From contig BTVJ01000017.1 of NCBI GenBank assembly GCA_045863395.1, positions 32,001-96,000 on the forward strand: 64,000 nucleotides of DNA, written 5' to 3'. Source of the DNA: Myxococcales bacterium (GTDB taxonomy: Bacteria > Myxococcota_A > UBA9042 > JABWCM01 > BTVJ01). A program made the position numbers and the translations under genes. Below the pieces are notes generated by a model that was not told the origin of the DNA, searched no databases, and saw only the letters and a program-made list of their open reading frames with translations. Positions within the stretch are counted from its first letter, which is position 1. The number at the start of each line of letters is the position of its first letter. Below are positions 60,704-64,000 of this stretch, piece by piece.

Positions 60704-62347
60704 TCAGGGCACGTGCTTCAGCCGCAGGATCGCCTGGGCGTCGCCCGTCAGGATCGATGCCGCCAGCGTCTGCCACTGCTCGTCGAGGGCAGCGATGATG
60801 CCATCTTTGGAGATGGCGACGCCGATGCGGACCGTCGTGCCGTCGTGCTCGAAGGCGAACACGTCGGGGAGGGGGACCTTGGGCGGACCGCCCGGGTAGC
60901 ATTGGAGCACGTCCGCCAGAATCAGAGCGCCTGAGGTCTGGAAGCACCCGCCCCCCGAGACCGTGTCGTCTACCGTCGCGCCCTCGCCCAGCTCGGGGAT
61001 GCTCACAGCGAAGTCGAAGGTCGCCCCCACCGAGAAGGTGGCCCCGGAGAAGACCGCCGCGCCGGAGGTGCCAGGACCCCCGTCGATGAGCAGGTCCATG
61101 CCCAGCGGCTGACCCGAGGTCAGGGAGTCCGGGTAGAGCACGACCTCCTCGAGGCGGTAGGTACCCGACGGGGGCGGTCCGCCCTTGAGAGTGGGCGGGA
61201 GGCCCGGAGCCTGGGACACGGTGGCTCCCGGCTTGACGGGCGGTAGCGCGGGGCACTCTGCGCCCGGAGCGCAGACGGGGGTGACCGCGGCTGGAGCGGG
61301 CACGGCCTTCACGACGGCGAGGAGATCGCCGGCGAGGAGGCTCGCGACCGACGCGTACTCGGCGGGCAGCAGGGCGGCGAGCTGCTCCTTGGGGAAGGTC
61401 AGCAGCACCGAGAGGGTCCCGCCGGACAGCTCGTAGGGCCACGCGGGCGGGGGCACGACTGCCGGGGCGGTGCCAGACCAGCACTGGAGGACGTCGGACC
61501 AGAGGACGCCGCCGGACGCCGCGAAGCACCCGCCGAGGTCCAGGTCGAGGTCGGTCGTCTGGTCGACGGAGAGCGAGGGCACGACGGCGCGCAGCGCGAG
61601 GTGGAGGCCAATGCCCCAGGCGTCCTGCGTGAACACGGCCGACCCGCGGCTCCCGCCGGTGCTTTGGAGCGAGAGGTCCAGGGGGAACGGGTCGCCCGCG
61701 GTCAGCGCGTCGGGGTAGACCCGCACCTCGGTGACGAACCAGGCGCCCGTCGGGACCGGCCCTCCGACCAACGCGGCCGGCAGCCCGGACGCGACGCTGA
61801 CCGTGACCTCGGTTCCGCTCGGGGGAGGTGCAGGGCACTGGCCTGCGGCGGGGCACTGGTCGTAGCCGGCGGGAGGCTTGGTGGCGCCACCACCACCACC
61901 ACCACCACCACCACCCTCGGCACAGGCGCCCGCGGCGGTGCAGGTCCACCCGGCGGGGCAGGCGCCGCACGAGCCACCGCAGCCGTCGTCGCCACAGGAG
62001 AGGCCGGCGCAGGAGGGGAAGCAGTCGCAAGTGAAAGACGCCCCGCACAGGGTCCCCGCAGGGCACGTCCCGCAGAGGCCGCCGCAGCCGTCGTCCCCGC
62101 AGACGCGACCGGCGCAGGAGGGCGTGCAGCTCCCCCCGCCCGGTTTTCCGCCACCGATGGGGTTCCCCGCAGCATCAGGGTCTCCGCTCCCCCCGGGCCC
62201 CGCGTCGGCGACTACTCCCCCGCCCCCGTAGGGGCTCCCGGCGTCGCCGGCGAGGCTGCCCTCCTCGCCCTCGACCACGTAGTCCACGCACGCGCTCAAC
62301 GCGAGGGCCACCGCGCAACCCGAAGCCACCAGGAGCCGCGTACCCAT
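60704..62347 (-). CDS. Lipoprotein with CGDDGCGGxCGxC repeats, poly-Gly linker and a duplicated ~190-aa beta domain
   Basis: GGAGG RBS; ALSA-C lipobox; two copies of C-x5-CPA...GLP..L.GGP.P.G...EV..YPD.LT.G...GGCF..SG. Confidence 0.8.
   Translation of the reverse strand: MGTRLLVASGCAVALALSACVDYVVEGEEGSLAGDAGSPYGGGGVVADAGPGGSGDPDAAGNPIGGGKPGGGSCTPSCAGRVCGDDGCGGLCGTCPAGTLCGASFTCDCFPSCAGLSCGDDGCGGSCGACPAGWTCTAAGACAEGGGGGGGGGGATKPPAGYDQCPAAGQCPAPPPSGTEVTVSVASGLPAALVGGPVPTGAWFVTEVRVYPDALTAGDPFPLDLSLQSTGGSRGSAVFTQDAWGIGLHLALRAVVPSLSVDQTTDLDLDLGGCFAASGGVLWSDVLQCWSGTAPAVVPPPAWPYELSGGTLSVLLTFPKEQLAALLPAEYASVASLLAGDLLAVVKAVPAPAAVTPVCAPGAECPALPPVKPGATVSQAPGLPPTLKGGPPPSGTYRLEEVVLYPDSLTSGQPLGMDLLIDGGPGTSGAAVFSGATFSVGATFDFAVSIPELGEGATVDDTVSGGGCFQTSGALILADVLQCYPGGPPKVPLPDVFAFEHDGTTVRIGVAISKDGIIAALDEQWQTLAASILTGDAQAILRLKHVP
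61887..61913. repeat. (CCA)9 microsatellite encoding poly-Gly (GGT codons) on the minus strand
   Basis: Directly visible. Confidence 0.85.
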
Positions 62348-62408
62348 GAGCACCTCCGCCATGAACCTGCGCCCCCCTTCGTATCCACCGGCGCATCGCC
62401 TCACGGCA

Positions 62409-62804
62409 TCAGCGGCCGGGGGCTCTGGCGCCCTCCCACTGCAGCGCCCACGCCGACAGCGCGGCGGCGGACAGCTCCAGGGCCACGAAGCCCCACATCT
62501 GTCCGCTGGTCTGGAAGCCCTCCAGCGCGACGCCCGAGAGCCGCCCGAGGCCGGTCCCCCCGATGAGCAGCGCCGCGGCGACGAGTCCGACGCGGGTGCG
62601 CGACGGATCGGCCAGGCACCACCCAAGGAAACCGGCGATGCCCAGCTCCAGCCCGCCGTAGAAGGCCCGGACCTCGGTGCGCCCGAGCGCCGTGTCCGCG
62701 ACCAGCCCCACGCCGGCGAGCGCCTCCGGGGCGAGGTAGAGCCACACCCCGAAGCCCGCCCATGCGAGCACCGACAGGCCGAGGACCATGCGAGGAGCCG
62801 TCAT
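62409..62804 (-). CDS. DUF4345-like small membrane protein
   Basis: Four TM segments; EVRAFYGG, GRLSG...EG, ALE motifs. Confidence 0.75.
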   Translation of the reverse strand: MTAPRMVLGLSVLAWAGFGVWLYLAPEALAGVGLVADTALGRTEVRAFYGGLELGIAGFLGWCLADPSRTRVGLVAAALLIGGTGLGRLSGVALEGFQTSGQMWGFVALELSAAALSAWALQWEGARAPGR

Positions 62805-62969
62805 GCCCCCGAACGTACCGGAGACTCGCCAGTTGACGCAACCACGGCGCGCCGGGCGACGCCGCACCGCGTGTCCACTCCCGCCCCGGACGCGGGCGCT
62901 CGCGACGTTGCCAGCACCCCGCCCCCGGCACTAGACTCTCGGCCGCCCCTCCAGGACCCACGGGTGCCC

Positions 62970-64000
62970 ATGAAGAGAGCCCTCCTGAAGCTCGCCGCCC
63001 TCGCTGCGCTGGCCTCGTGTGCCGGCTCCGCGGCGGACCCGTCCACCACCGATGCCGGGCACGGCGACGCGCTGAGAGCTGATTCCATCACCGTGGATAC
63101 GGCGCCCGGGGCCGACGCAGGAGCCTCTAGCGACGCCCTCGTGGACGCCTCCCCGGGCGCCTCCGATGCCGGTGGCGACGCAGACTCCGCACCCCACGAT
63201 GCCGCCCCGCTCCCGCAGGCCACCCCCATCCCGTGGTCTGGCACGGCCCCACCGGGATCGGGCGGGCCGTGGGCGCCGGTGCCGTTTGCGGGCTCCGCAC
63301 CACCGCAGCACCCCCACATGGCGCCCAACGGACAGAGCAACATCCACAACGACGGCTGGATGACCGACGCCTACGACGGCCCGGGCCCCCTGGCGTCGAG
63401 CCCGACGACCGCGTCGAGCCAGCTCGGCGGTCTCTGCGGGACCATCACCTTCGACAGCCACGGGCGCATCGTCACGGTGTGCCTCGGGCTCGGCACGGCG
63501 ACCCTGTGGCTCCTCGACCCCGCCACCCTCGCCCCGCTCGCCTCCTTCGAGCTCCCGCCGCGCCCGGCCGCGGAGCCCGGGACGAACCCGCTCCAGGACT
63601 ACACGGGCGGAGGATACTTCTTCCTCGACGCCGAGGACCGCGCCGTCGTCTCCACGGGCCAGCAGACGGTGGTGTGGATCGCCCAGGTGGAGGGGCCGGA
63701 GGGGATCCGCCTGGAGCAGGTGAGGTCCGTGGACCTGTCCGCCGCGCTCGGCGACGGGGAGCGGCTGACCGGAGTGCTCCCGGACTGGTCCGGGCGGCTG
63801 TGGTTCGTAGGCAAGAAGCGCGGCGTCATCGGCGTCGTGGACGGCGAGGCCATCACGACGCTCGTGCTCGACGAGCCGGTGCAGAACTCCTTTGCCGTCG
63901 ACGAGGACGGCGTCTACGTCGTGAGCGACGTGGCCCTCTACCGCCTCGACGCGCCACCGGGAGGCGCCCCGGCGGTCACGTGGCGCGAGGTCTATGCGAA
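62970..64000 (+). CDS. Lipoprotein of unknown function, probable beta-propeller (3'-truncated)
   Basis: MKRALLKLAALAALAS-C; HPHMAPNGQSNIHNDGWMTDAY; GGGYFFLD; LPDWSGRLWFV; frame is open to the window end. Confidence 0.8.
   Translation, partial: MKRALLKLAALAALASCAGSAADPSTTDAGHGDALRADSITVDTAPGADAGASSDALVDASPGASDAGGDADSAPHDAAPLPQATPIPWSGTAPPGSGGPWAPVPFAGSAPPQHPHMAPNGQSNIHNDGWMTDAYDGPGPLASSPTTASSQLGGLCGTITFDSHGRIVTVCLGLGTATLWLLDPATLAPLASFELPPRPAAEPGTNPLQDYTGGGYFFLDAEDRAVVSTGQQTVVWIAQVEGPEGIRLEQVRSVDLSAALGDGERLTGVLPDWSGRLWFVGKKRGVIGVVDGEAITTLVLDEPVQNSFAVDEDGVYVVSDVALYRLDAPPGGAPAVTWREVYA

Noticed and set aside
61828..62034. Small ORF with a nine-His run (apparent metal-binding peptide)
   Set aside because: It is the antisense reading of the poly-Gly microsatellite inside the 60704-62347 lipoprotein.

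Overview
This is a very GC-rich bacterial window, most likely from a Myxococcota/deltaproteobacterial genome (MYXO-CTERM-type sorting tails, many Cys-rich lipoproteins, two sigma54 enhancer-binding proteins). It holds about 46 CDS, two of them truncated by the window edges. I found no rRNA, tRNA, CRISPR array or mobile element. Main blocks: (1) 1-13.9 kb, giant Cys-rich surface proteins, including two fibre-like secreted proteins with a shared N-terminus and different tips (a triplicated Cys/His domain versus tandem full fibrinogen-related domains); (2) kbl-tdh; (3) a MYXO-CTERM protein with a consensus sigma54 promoter, a VIT-vWA protein and a propeller/DUF4331/TPR/HupE-UreJ operon; (4) boxC-boxB without boxA; (5) the best candidate for an undescribed system, 29.9-41.6 kb: a HybA-like polyferredoxin and an NrfD/HybB protein fused to a triheme c7 cytochrome, with no catalytic subunit. 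It is flanked by three GcvH-like proteins that all lack the lipoyl lysine and share a TMxDGG motif, appears to be driven by divergent sigma54 promoters with inverted enhancer-like boxes, and lies near a heme-c sensor kinase, a sigma54 response regulator and an archaemetzincin; (6) a second sigma54 activator followed by a sigma54-like promoter and a ~450-nt hairpin-rich, CUCC-rich noncoding region ahead of two kinases; (7) housekeeping and metabolic genes (aminotransferases, acyl-CoA ligase, rnd, ABC-F). I chose start codons by eye from RBS and signal peptides. Family calls come from motif recognition, not database searches.
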